64,000 bases of DNA from Chloroflexota bacterium. Its GTDB lineage: Bacteria; Chloroflexota; Dehalococcoidia; UBA2979. Within the stretch, counting starts at the first letter, position 1; every line of letters begins with the position of its first letter. The notes beneath the pieces are model-generated. The model was not told the DNA's origin. It searched no databases and saw only the letters and a list, made by a program, of their open reading frames with translations. Below, piece after piece: positions 1 through 8,335 of the stretch. Location of the stretch: positions 91,357 to 155,356 of the forward strand of contig JAQCIU010000002.1 in the NCBI GenBank assembly GCA_027593235.1, read 5' to 3'. Both the position numbers and the translations under genes were made by a program.

Positions 1-145
1 CGCGCGCCGGCGCGAACAACTGGACGAGATGGTGCGGCAACTGAAGGTGCGCTTCGGCCGCTCGCCGATGACGCAGGTCGTGGAGGTGGAACCGTGGAGT
101 CGACTCCCCGAACGCCGGTTCGCGCTCATGGACTACGACCCCTAG
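1..145 (+). CDS. imuB: ImuB (inactive Y-family polymerase accessory protein), C-terminal end; partial at window edge
   Basis: Frame from nt 2 reads ARRREQLDEMVRQLKVRFGRSPMTQVVEVEPWSRLPERRFALMDYDP* (TAG 143-145). The SRLPERR motif is typical of ImuB, and the gene lies upstream of dnaE2. Not in the ORF track. Confidence 0.75.
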   Translation, partial: ARRREQLDEMVRQLKVRFGRSPMTQVVEVEPWSRLPERRFALMDYDP

Positions 146-450
146 GCCTCCCGCGTCCGGTCCGTGTCGAGGTGAACGCGCGCGGGATGCCGCAGCGGAT
201 CGATCTCGGGATCGCCGTCGGCCCTCGGGGTAAGCGGCGCGTCGCGCGCGACGCGCGCTGGATCGCGGTGCTCGACGTGGCCGAGGTGTGGCGTATCGGC
301 GAGGAGTGGTGGCGCGAGCAGCCGATCCGGCGGACCTACTTCCACGTGGTGGTCGAGGGTGGTCGAGGCGTAACGGTCTTTCGCGACGAACTGGCAGTAG
401 CGCTCGGCGGTCACGAAGCAGGCGGAGGCTGGTTTGAACAGCACTACTAA
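94..450 (+). CDS. Stand-alone ImuB-C / DUF6504-like protein
   Basis: LRPLGLPRPVRV...WRIGEEWWREQPIRRTYFHV...GGWF resembles the ImuB C-terminal domain. GTG start with GGAGG at 82-86; overlaps imuB by 52 nt. Confidence 0.75.
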   Translation: MESTPRTPVRAHGLRPLGLPRPVRVEVNARGMPQRIDLGIAVGPRGKRRVARDARWIAVLDVAEVWRIGEEWWREQPIRRTYFHVVVEGGRGVTVFRDELAVALGGHEAGGGWFEQHY

Positions 451-504
451 GGCCTTCGGCCTCGGTGTGACGCTTCGCGCCTGGTTGCTGGGGTGGGTGC
501 TCGC

Positions 505-3500
505 ATGAATCTCTGGCCGGGGAGTCAGTCGAACGATCACTTCTGCTCGGATCACGGGCCCAAGCATCAGCATGGACCCGATCGCTGGGAGTCGTTCGCC
601 GCGCAGCGCGCCGAGGTCGACGCGCAGGTTGAGTACGACACGCCTCGGTCGCTCGCGACGCGCGATCCGACGGATCCGGTGCCGATCGAGGTCCTCGATG
701 CGGTGCCGTACGTGGAGTTGCACGCGCACTCGAACTACTCGCTCCTCGAGGGCGCATCCAGCATCGAGGAGCTGGTGTGGGAGGCGCGCGAGCAGGGGCA
801 TGCGGCGCTGGCGCTGACGGATCACAACGGGATGTTCGGGTCGATGGAGTTCGCGCGCGCGGCAAAGGAAGCTGGCCTGCGCCCGATCACCGGCCTCGAA
901 CTCACGGTGGTGGAGCCCAATCCCGAGGATGGCCGCGCCTGGTACGAGCGCAGCCCCGCGGCGGGACGCAGCGACCGAGGGCGCAAACCCGTCCGAGGCG
1001 TCGCCGTCCAGCGAGAAGGCTTGCTGGCGCCGCGCGGGCGGTCGCACGTGACGCTGCTGGCGGAGACGAAGCAGGGCTACTCGAATCTCTGCCGGCTCTC
1101 CAGCATCGCGTTCGGGCTCCTCGAGGAGAGCGACGCGGCGAAGGAGGAGCGGCGGCTCGATCCGTGCATCGCGATCGCGCAGCTCGAGGCGCATAGCGAG
1201 GGGCTGATCCTGCTGACCGGCTGCCGCGACAGCTCGGTGGCGCGGCTGGCCGGGGAGGGGCAACTCGATCAGTCGGAGGCGGCGCTGCGGCGGTTCGTGG
1301 AGTGGTTTGGCCTCGAGAGTGTGTTCGTGGAGTTGCAGGACAACCTCGTATTTGGGGACCGGCCTCGGAACCGCGCGCTGGTGCAGGTGGCGGAGCGGGT
1401 CGGGGTGGGCGTCGTCGGCACGGGGAACGTGCACTACCACGACCGCAAGCGGCACCGACTGCAGGACGTGATGGTGGCGATCCGGTCGCGGAAGTCGCTC
1501 GATGAGTCGCACCAGGAGCGGCGGCCGAACGCGGAGTTCTACCTGCGCTCACCGGAGCGGCAGGCGCGTCGCTTCGAGGCGTATCACCCGGACGCGGCGG
1601 CCAACTCCGTGCGGATCGCCCGCCGCTGCGCGTTCGACCTGACCGAGGACCTCGGCTTCCGCCTGCCGTCGCCGGAGACGGAGAGCGGGCGCCCGCCGAT
1701 CGAGGAGCTGGGCGCGATCTGTCGCGTGCGGCTGTACGAGCGCTACGCGACCGCGACGACGCAGGATCGTGAGGTGGCGGAGGCGCGGCTGGAGCACGAG
1801 CTGCGGCTGATCGAGATGAACGGACTGGCCGGGTTCTTCCTCGTCTACCACCAGATCTTCGAGCTGGCCTCGGAGGTGGCGGACGAGGTGCGCGGGACCG
1901 AGGCACGACGGCGCGCGAACATGCCGCCGGGGCGCGGGCGGGGGTCCTCGGTGGCGTCGATCGTCTGTTACCTGATCGGGCTGTCGCACATCGACCCGAT
2001 CAAGAACAACCTGACCGTGGACCGCTTCCTCAACGAGGGCATGCGCACGTTCCCGGACATCGACCTGGATTTCGCGCGCGACATCCGCGCCGAGCTGATC
2101 GAGCGCGTCTACCGGGTGTGGGGCAAGGAGCACGCAGCGCTGGTCGCGATCTTTCCGACCTACCGCCTGAAGAGCGCCATCCGTGACATCGGCAAGGCGC
2201 TCGGACTGCCCTCGGCGGAGCTGGAGCGCCTGGCGAAGAAGTCCAACCCGCATGGCGGCATCGAAGATTTGCCCGAGGAACTCGCGCGCCTGCCCGAGTT
2301 CGCTGACCGGCTGGAGACGCAGGCGTGGCGCGACCTTCTGGAGCTGTCTCAGGAGCTGGCCGGCTTCCCGCGCCACCTCTCGCAGCACGTCGGCGGGATG
2401 GTGATCTCCTCGGAGCCGCTGATCGACTTCGTGCCCTGCCAGCCGGCCGCGTGGCCCAACCGCTACATCTGCCACTGGGACAAGGACAGCGTCGACGACG
2501 CGAAGATGGTCAAGATCGACTTCCTCGGCCTCGGCATGCTCTCCGTCGTCGAGGAGACCGCCGACCTGATCGCCGAGCAGGGCCACCGCCCGCTCGACCT
2601 CTCCCGCATCGCCTTCGACGACAGCGACGTCTACGACGACATCTGCCGAGGTGACACCGTCGGTGTCTTCCAGATCGAGTCGCGCGCCCAGATCGCGATG
2701 CTCCCTCGGACGCAGCCGCGCAACCTCGAGGACCTCACGGTGCAGGTGTCGATCGTGCGGCCGGGCCCGATCGTCGGTGGCGCGGTGAATCCGTACGTGC
2801 GCGAGCGGGAGAAGCAACGCCGCCTCGGAGACCGCTACACGCCGCCGAACGTGCACGAGTGCGTGAACGACGTGCTCGGCGAAACGCTCGGCGTCGTGCT
2901 GTTCCAGGAGCAGGTCGTGCAGGTCGCGCGCCAGATGGGCGGCTTCACCGCCGGGCAGGCGGAGCAGTTCCGCCGCGCGATGAGCCGCAAACGCTCGCTC
3001 GCCGCGATGCAGCGCTACGAGCAGGACTTCATGGACGGCGCCGCCTCGAGAGGTGTGCCGCCGGTGACGGCTGAGCGGATGTTCCAGAACCTGCTCGGCT
3101 TCGCCGAGTTCGGCTTCCCGAAGAGCCACGGCGCCGCGTTCGGCCTGCTCGCGTACCAGACGAGCTGGCTGAAGCGGTACCACCCGGCGCCGTTCACCTG
3201 CGCGCTCTTCAACAACCAGCCGATGGGCTTCTACCCGCCGCACGTCCTCACCAACGACGCCAAGCGCCACGAGATCGAGGTGCTGCGACCGGACATCAAC
3301 GTGAGTAAGGCGCGCTGCTCGGTGGAGTTGCCATCCTCGGGAGGTGGTGCACGGGGGGCGGTGCGCGTCGGCCTCGGCTACGTGCGCGGCGTCGGCCAGG
3401 CGGCCAGCGAACGTATCGAGTACGAGCACATGCTCGGCGGCGACTTCGTCTCGCTGTTCGACTTCGTCCAACGCACCGGCGTCAGCCGCGAGGCGACCCA

Positions 3501-4095
3501 GAACCTGATCCGCATCGGCGCCTTCGACGACTTCGGCCTCAACCGCCGCGAGCTGATCTGGCAGCTCGGCCTCTTCTGGGGCGACATGCACCAGAGCAAG
3601 CTGTCCGTGAAACGGGAGCGCCAGCTCCGCATGCCGATGGCGACTTCACAGGACCAGGTGCAGCTCGCCGACTTCAGCGACTACCAGCGCATGACCGCCG
3701 ACTACGAGCTGATGTCGCTCTCGCCCGACCGCCACCCGATGCAGTTCCTGCGCCCCGCCCTCGGCGAGGGCGTCGCCTCCAGCCGCCACCTCCGCGCGAT
3801 GCCGGGCAACGCGAAGGTGGAGGTGGCCGGCCTCGTGGTCTGCCGTCAGCGCCCGATGACCGCCAAGGGCATCATCTTCCTGCTGCTGGAGGACGAGTTT
3901 GGCCTGATGAACATCCTCGTCAGCCGCGAGCTATCCGAGAAGTTCCGCGACCACATCCGCACCGAGCCGTTCATCCGCGCCACGGGCATCCTCGAAGAGC
4001 GCGCCGGCGAGCAGCGGACGCTGGTGGCGACTCACCTCGAGGCGCTCGTGCCCGCGGAGGTGTTTCGGACACCGGAGGGGAAGTCGTGGGGGTAG
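505..4095 (+). CDS. dnaE2: Error-prone DNA polymerase DnaE2 (C-family)
   Basis: PHP domain (YVELHAHSNYSLLEG, TDHNG), GRGS, PDIDLDF and KIDFLGLGML catalytic Asp motifs, GFPKSH, NNQPMGFYPP, C-terminal OB fold (RQRPMTAKG); imuB context. Start may be ATG 505 or GTG 493. Confidence 0.95.
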   Translation: MNLWPGSQSNDHFCSDHGPKHQHGPDRWESFAAQRAEVDAQVEYDTPRSLATRDPTDPVPIEVLDAVPYVELHAHSNYSLLEGASSIEELVWEAREQGHAALALTDHNGMFGSMEFARAAKEAGLRPITGLELTVVEPNPEDGRAWYERSPAAGRSDRGRKPVRGVAVQREGLLAPRGRSHVTLLAETKQGYSNLCRLSSIAFGLLEESDAAKEERRLDPCIAIAQLEAHSEGLILLTGCRDSSVARLAGEGQLDQSEAALRRFVEWFGLESVFVELQDNLVFGDRPRNRALVQVAERVGVGVVGTGNVHYHDRKRHRLQDVMVAIRSRKSLDESHQERRPNAEFYLRSPERQARRFEAYHPDAAANSVRIARRCAFDLTEDLGFRLPSPETESGRPPIEELGAICRVRLYERYATATTQDREVAEARLEHELRLIEMNGLAGFFLVYHQIFELASEVADEVRGTEARRRANMPPGRGRGSSVASIVCYLIGLSHIDPIKNNLTVDRFLNEGMRTFPDIDLDFARDIRAELIERVYRVWGKEHAALVAIFPTYRLKSAIRDIGKALGLPSAELERLAKKSNPHGGIEDLPEELARLPEFADRLETQAWRDLLELSQELAGFPRHLSQHVGGMVISSEPLIDFVPCQPAAWPNRYICHWDKDSVDDAKMVKIDFLGLGMLSVVEETADLIAEQGHRPLDLSRIAFDDSDVYDDICRGDTVGVFQIESRAQIAMLPRTQPRNLEDLTVQVSIVRPGPIVGGAVNPYVREREKQRRLGDRYTPPNVHECVNDVLGETLGVVLFQEQVVQVARQMGGFTAGQAEQFRRAMSRKRSLAAMQRYEQDFMDGAASRGVPPVTAERMFQNLLGFAEFGFPKSHGAAFGLLAYQTSWLKRYHPAPFTCALFNNQPMGFYPPHVLTNDAKRHEIEVLRPDINVSKARCSVELPSSGGGARGAVRVGLGYVRGVGQAASERIEYEHMLGGDFVSLFDFVQRTGVSREATQNLIRIGAFDDFGLNRRELIWQLGLFWGDMHQSKLSVKRERQLRMPMATSQDQVQLADFSDYQRMTADYELMSLSPDRHPMQFLRPALGEGVASSRHLRAMPGNAKVEVAGLVVCRQRPMTAKGIIFLLLEDEFGLMNILVSRELSEKFRDHIRTEPFIRATGILEERAGEQRTLVATHLEALVPAEVFRTPEGKSWG

Positions 4096-4136
4096 GAGGT
4101 GCGCGCTGCTTCGATCCCACGACGTCGGCGAGGATT

Positions 4137-4620
4137 CTATGGCGGCGGCAGAAAAACGTACGGCCTTCTCGATGCATTAGCGTCGTGGGCAACTTCGAGA
4201 GCAGACAAGAAGGCATCTTCTTGCCCTGGTGAAATAAGCGAGCCGTAAACGGTAGCGTCGCTCAGTTTGACGTCCTGGAGATTGAGCCCGCGAAAGTCGG
4301 CTCCCAACAGGTTGTTTCGACTGAAACGTGTGTGCTCAAGCCGCGCTCCTCGCCACACCGAATAGCTGAGGTTGGCACGCCGAAGGCGCGCTCGTTGGAG
4401 CTTGGAGTCGGAGAAGTCAGTCCTAGTGAGGTTTGCGCGCTTCAACTGAGCAAGATAGAGATCCGCACCACGGAGGTTCAGGCCCGGAGCGTATGCCTCG
4501 CGTAGATCCGCCCTCTGGAGGTCAGAATCCGAAAGGTCGACATCGAGCAGAACGGCCGCTTGGAGCTTGGCCCTAGTTAGCGTTGCTCCCGAGAGGTCGA
4601 CCCGATAGAGGTATGCACCG
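4137..4620 (-). pseudogene. Pentapeptide-repeat protein fragment with no obvious start codon
   Basis: A(D/N)LxxA repeats (ADLREA, ADLYLA, ANLTRT, ANLSYS, ADFRGL). Visibly lower GC with atypical codons. No ATG/GTG near the beginning of the repeats; the longer upstream ORF is a shadow of the CoA-transferase gene. Confidence 0.65.
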
Positions 4621-4692
4621 GGCGGAACCGGCGCGCGTCGACCCGGACGAATGGCGGGTTGACGGGGGCGGTGCGGGTGCCGCCGGCGGGCG

Positions 4693-7140
4693 CTACTGGA
4701 GCACCCCGCCAGCGGCGAGTTCCGCGATCCGATCGGCGTCGTAGCCGAGCAGACAGTTGAGCACCTCGAAGTTGTGCTCGCCGAACGTGGGGCCGCCACG
4801 CTCCGTCCGCGCCGGCGTCCGTGACAGGCGGAACCGCGAGGCCTCGACGGTTGTCTCGCCGAGCGCGGAATGCGCGACGCGCGCGAAGTGGCCGCGGTGG
4901 ATGAGCTGCGGGTCGGCGATCGCCTCGGTGCTGTTCTGCACCGCGTGCGCGGGGACGCCGGCGGCCTGGAGCGTGTGCTCGGCCTCGGACATGTCGCGCT
5001 CGGCAGTCCAGGCGGCGACCGCGGCATCGAGGGCCTCGGTGGCGCCGAGGCGCCCGGCGAGGGTGGAGAGCGCGGGGTCCGCCGCGAGGTCGGTGCGCCC
5101 GATCGCGGTGGCGAGCGCCGACCACTGGGCGTCGGTCTCGCAGGCGACGGCGACCCAGCGGTCGGTGCCGGTGGCGGGGTAGACGCCGTGCGGCGCCATC
5201 TGAGGGGCGCTGTCACCACGGCGTTCGAACTCGTGCCCATTGATCGAGTAATCGAGCATCGCCGGCGCGAGGTAGTGGATGCTCGACTCCGCCTGCGAGA
5301 AGTCGATGTACTGGCCCTCGCCTGTACGGTCGCGGTGTTCGAGGGCGGCCAGCACGGCCGCGAGGGTGAATCGCGGCGCGACATAATCGCTGTACGCGGC
5401 GACCATGGCGGGGTCGCGATCGGCCCAGCCGGCGAGCATGTTGAACCCCGCCGCGGCGGCCCCCATGGTGCCGAACCCGGCGATATCCGAATACGGCCCG
5501 CTCTGCCCGAACAGCGAGCTGCTGAGCATGATGACCCGCGGATTGACCTCGCGGATCTGCTCGTAGCTCAAGCCCCAGGCACGCATCGCGCGCGGCGAGA
5601 ACGACTCGCCGACGACGTCGGCCCAGCGCACGAGATCGAGGACGACGGCGCGGCCTTCCTCGGAACCGAGGTCGAGTGTCAGTCCGAGCTTGCCGGCGTT
5701 CATGTTCTGGTAGAGGCCCGAGTTCTCGGGACCGGCGGCGCCGGTGTTCCACGGACCGAGGCCACGGGCCGTGTCGACGCGCGTCGTCGATTCGATCTTG
5801 ACCACGGTGGCGCCGTAGTCGGCCATGACGCGGGTGGAGGTCGGGCCGGCGACCACCCACATGAAATCGAGGACCTTCAGATCGCTCAGCGGCAGGTCCG
5901 CGCCGCTGCTCTCTACCGGGGGAGGAGCCGAAGCTGTTCGCGTGAGTGCCGACTCGAACTCCGCGTCGTGCTGTCCGATTGCGGGCGCGGTGTCGCCGAG
6001 ATCGAGCGGCGTAGCGCTCAATCGAGCGAACGCGCCGGGGTAGCGGACGCTTCGTCCGTCCTCGGCAGGCACGTCGTGCCAGTAGTCGCGGGCCGCGAAC
6101 TGCGGCGAATCGTGCAGATCGCCGATCGCCGACAGCGGGACGATGAGCAGGCGGCGGGCCATCGCCTCGCGGAGCAGCTCTTCCTTCGTCTTTGACGCGA
6201 CGAATGCGCCGACGGTCTGGAGGACGCGCTGGTACTCGGCCGGTGGTTCCTGTCCGCTGACGAGCAACCCGGTGTAGTTGAGCCAGTCCTTGTCGCGGGT
6301 GGCTTCGTCGCAGCCCCCCTCCTCGTAGATCCACTCCATGAGGCGGCGCGAGAAGGGCCCGATCGCCGCGCCGAAGAGGAAGGTGACCGAGGCGTAGCCG
6401 TCCTTCGCTTTCCAGACGAGCGGGATCGGTAGCCCGCTGAGGTTGACGCCACCGGTGAAGCGGCTGGTGTCGACATCGCCGACGGCGTGCGCGAGGGCGA
6501 TCGACTGGGTCGCCTGCATGAGCGACGTCTGCGCGGACACGTCGATGTGCTGACCGAGGCCGGAGCGGGTGCGCTCGCGGAGCGCGATCAGGGCGGCCTG
6601 CGCCGCCTCGGCGCCGGCGTGCAACCCCGACTGGGGGAGGCCGATTCGCAGTGGTGCGCGGTCGTGGTCCCCGGTGATCGCCATCTCGACCGACGAGGCC
6701 GCGATGACGAGGTCGCTGGCGGCGTAGCCGGCTTTCGGTCCATCCGCGCCGAAGCCGCTGATCGACACATAGACGAGGCCCGGATTGCCCTCGGCAAGCG
6801 CGTCGTAACCGAGGCCGATTGCGTCCATCTGGCCGGGGCCGGCGGATTCGATCAGCACGTCAGCGGTGGCGGCGAGCTTGCGGAGGCGCTCCCGCCCGGC
6901 CTCGGAGGCGAGGTCCGCGGTCATGGATCGCTTGTTGCGGGCGTAGGACCACCAGTTGAGGGAGTGATCGCCGTCATCGATGTCGTGCGCGAACGGTCCG
7001 CGGCGGCGCGCCGGATTGCCCTCGGGCGGTTCGATCGCAATCACGTCGGCGCCGAGGTCGGCGAGGATCATCCCGCCAATCAGGCCTCGGTCGTCGGTGA
7101 GGTCGAGCACGCGGTAGTGGCTGAGCATCGTTTCCCCCAT
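4693..7140 (-). CDS. Class III CoA-transferase (CaiB/BaiF), tandem two-domain fusion
   Basis: Two CaiB domains (RVLDLT...LADLGADVIAIEPP; KVLDFMWVVAGP...DYGATVVKIES) with PAIGQH and PTFGEH tails; Asp motif YSDYVA in the second domain. Confidence 0.92.
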   Translation of the reverse strand: MGETMLSHYRVLDLTDDRGLIGGMILADLGADVIAIEPPEGNPARRRGPFAHDIDDGDHSLNWWSYARNKRSMTADLASEAGRERLRKLAATADVLIESAGPGQMDAIGLGYDALAEGNPGLVYVSISGFGADGPKAGYAASDLVIAASSVEMAITGDHDRAPLRIGLPQSGLHAGAEAAQAALIALRERTRSGLGQHIDVSAQTSLMQATQSIALAHAVGDVDTSRFTGGVNLSGLPIPLVWKAKDGYASVTFLFGAAIGPFSRRLMEWIYEEGGCDEATRDKDWLNYTGLLVSGQEPPAEYQRVLQTVGAFVASKTKEELLREAMARRLLIVPLSAIGDLHDSPQFAARDYWHDVPAEDGRSVRYPGAFARLSATPLDLGDTAPAIGQHDAEFESALTRTASAPPPVESSGADLPLSDLKVLDFMWVVAGPTSTRVMADYGATVVKIESTTRVDTARGLGPWNTGAAGPENSGLYQNMNAGKLGLTLDLGSEEGRAVVLDLVRWADVVGESFSPRAMRAWGLSYEQIREVNPRVIMLSSSLFGQSGPYSDIAGFGTMGAAAAGFNMLAGWADRDPAMVAAYSDYVAPRFTLAAVLAALEHRDRTGEGQYIDFSQAESSIHYLAPAMLDYSINGHEFERRGDSAPQMAPHGVYPATGTDRWVAVACETDAQWSALATAIGRTDLAADPALSTLAGRLGATEALDAAVAAWTAERDMSEAEHTLQAAGVPAHAVQNSTEAIADPQLIHRGHFARVAHSALGETTVEASRFRLSRTPARTERGGPTFGEHNFEVLNCLLGYDADRIAELAAGGVLQ

Positions 7141-7299
7141 GCGGCAGGCGTATGCGGTGGGTTCGGCGAGCGCATCCTATCGCGATCGTCATCGGGCGTG
7201 TCAGGGCGGGGTGCGTTCGCCGCGAGGTTTCGGGACGGCTGCGGTCGGATATCGTGTCGGTGGCCCGCCCGGGCCGCGCACTACATCCAGGAGGATCCG

Positions 7300-8136
7300 A
7301 TGGCCGATTCCGCGATGAACATCTCGATGCCGCCGATCCCGCGCACGACGGGCATCCGCCTCGAGGGCAAACGGGCGATCGTGACCGGCGCCGGATCGCG
7401 CGCGGCGGGGATTGGGAACGGACGGGCGGCCGCGACGCTGTTCGCCCTCGAGGGTGCGCGCGTGCTGCTGGTGGATCGCGAGCTGGAATCCGCGGAGCAG
7501 ACGCGCGCGCTGATCCTGGAGCAGCGCCCCGAGGCCGAGGTCGAGGTCTTCGAGGGCGATGTGACCGACGAGGAGTCCTGCGCGGCGATGGTGCGGACCG
7601 CGGTCCAGGCGTGGGGCGGTCTCGATGTGCTGCAGAACAACGTCGGTGTTGGCCTCTCGGAGGGGAGCGTGGTCGACACCGACCTCGATCAGTGGGACAT
7701 GGTGCAGGAGGTCAACGTCCGGAGCATGGTGCTGACCGGACGGCACGCGATCCCGGCGATGATCGCCTCGGGTGGCGGATCGATCATCAATATCTCCTCG
7801 GTGGCCGCGTTGCGGCCGCGCGGGATGACCGCCTATTCCACCTCGAAGGGCGCCGTGATCGCGCTGTCGCAGGCAATGGCGGCGGATCACGCGCGACAGG
7901 GCGTGCGGGTGAACTGCATCGCGCCCGGCCCGGTGTACACGCCGATGGTCTACGCGGGCGGGATGGACGAGGAGCGGCGCACGTCGCGTCGCGAGGCCTC
8001 GGCGCTGGGCATCGAGGGCACCGGATGGGACATCGGCCTCGCGGCGGTGTTCCTCGCCTCGGACGAGTCGCGCTACATCACGGGGCTGGTGCTGCCCGTC
8101 GAGGGCGGAATGTTGCTGCGGGGACCGAGCCGCTAG
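7300..8136 (+). CDS. Short-chain dehydrogenase/reductase
   Basis: TGAGSRAAGIGNG, NNVG, YSTSK catalytic motif, VRVNCIAPG; RBS AGGAGG before ATG 7300. Confidence 0.92.
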   Translation: MADSAMNISMPPIPRTTGIRLEGKRAIVTGAGSRAAGIGNGRAAATLFALEGARVLLVDRELESAEQTRALILEQRPEAEVEVFEGDVTDEESCAAMVRTAVQAWGGLDVLQNNVGVGLSEGSVVDTDLDQWDMVQEVNVRSMVLTGRHAIPAMIASGGGSIINISSVAALRPRGMTAYSTSKGAVIALSQAMAADHARQGVRVNCIAPGPVYTPMVYAGGMDEERRTSRREASALGIEGTGWDIGLAAVFLASDESRYITGLVLPVEGGMLLRGPSR

Positions 8137-8137
8137 C

Positions 8138-8335
8138 GTGATCGGGTTTGGTCTGGCGCTGTTCGCCGCACTGATCGCCGAGGTGTTCGTGCTGATGCTC
8201 GGGCGCGATTCGATTTCGGTGCCGGACGCGGCGCGCTTCGGCCTCCACGGGTTGGTGATCGTCCTCGCGGTCGTCGTCCTCGCGGTCGTCGTCGCCGCGC
8301 TCGCCGTACGGGAGCTGCGTCGAACGCCTCGCTAG
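8138..8335 (+). CDS. Small two-TM membrane protein
   Basis: 65 aa with two hydrophobic segments; begins immediately after the SDR stop. Confidence 0.5.
   Translation: MIGFGLALFAALIAEVFVLMLGRDSISVPDAARFGLHGLVIVLAVVVLAVVVAALAVRELRRTPR

Noticed and set aside
142-3591. Long minus-strand ORFs (456 aa, 680 aa) opposite dnaE2, and many similar Arg/Ala/Pro-rich ORFs across the window
   Set aside because: Antisense or alternative-frame shadows expected at high GC; no recognisable motifs, and they overlap well-supported genes.
4621-5384. N-terminal ~255 aa of the 415-aa pentapeptide ORF
   Set aside because: Low-complexity alternative frame inside the CoA-transferase gene, not a credible N-terminus.
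8265-8296. Tandem repeat TCCTCGCGGTCGTCG x2
   Set aside because: Encodes VLAVV repeats in a TM helix; only two units, so not a CRISPR array or VNTR of note.
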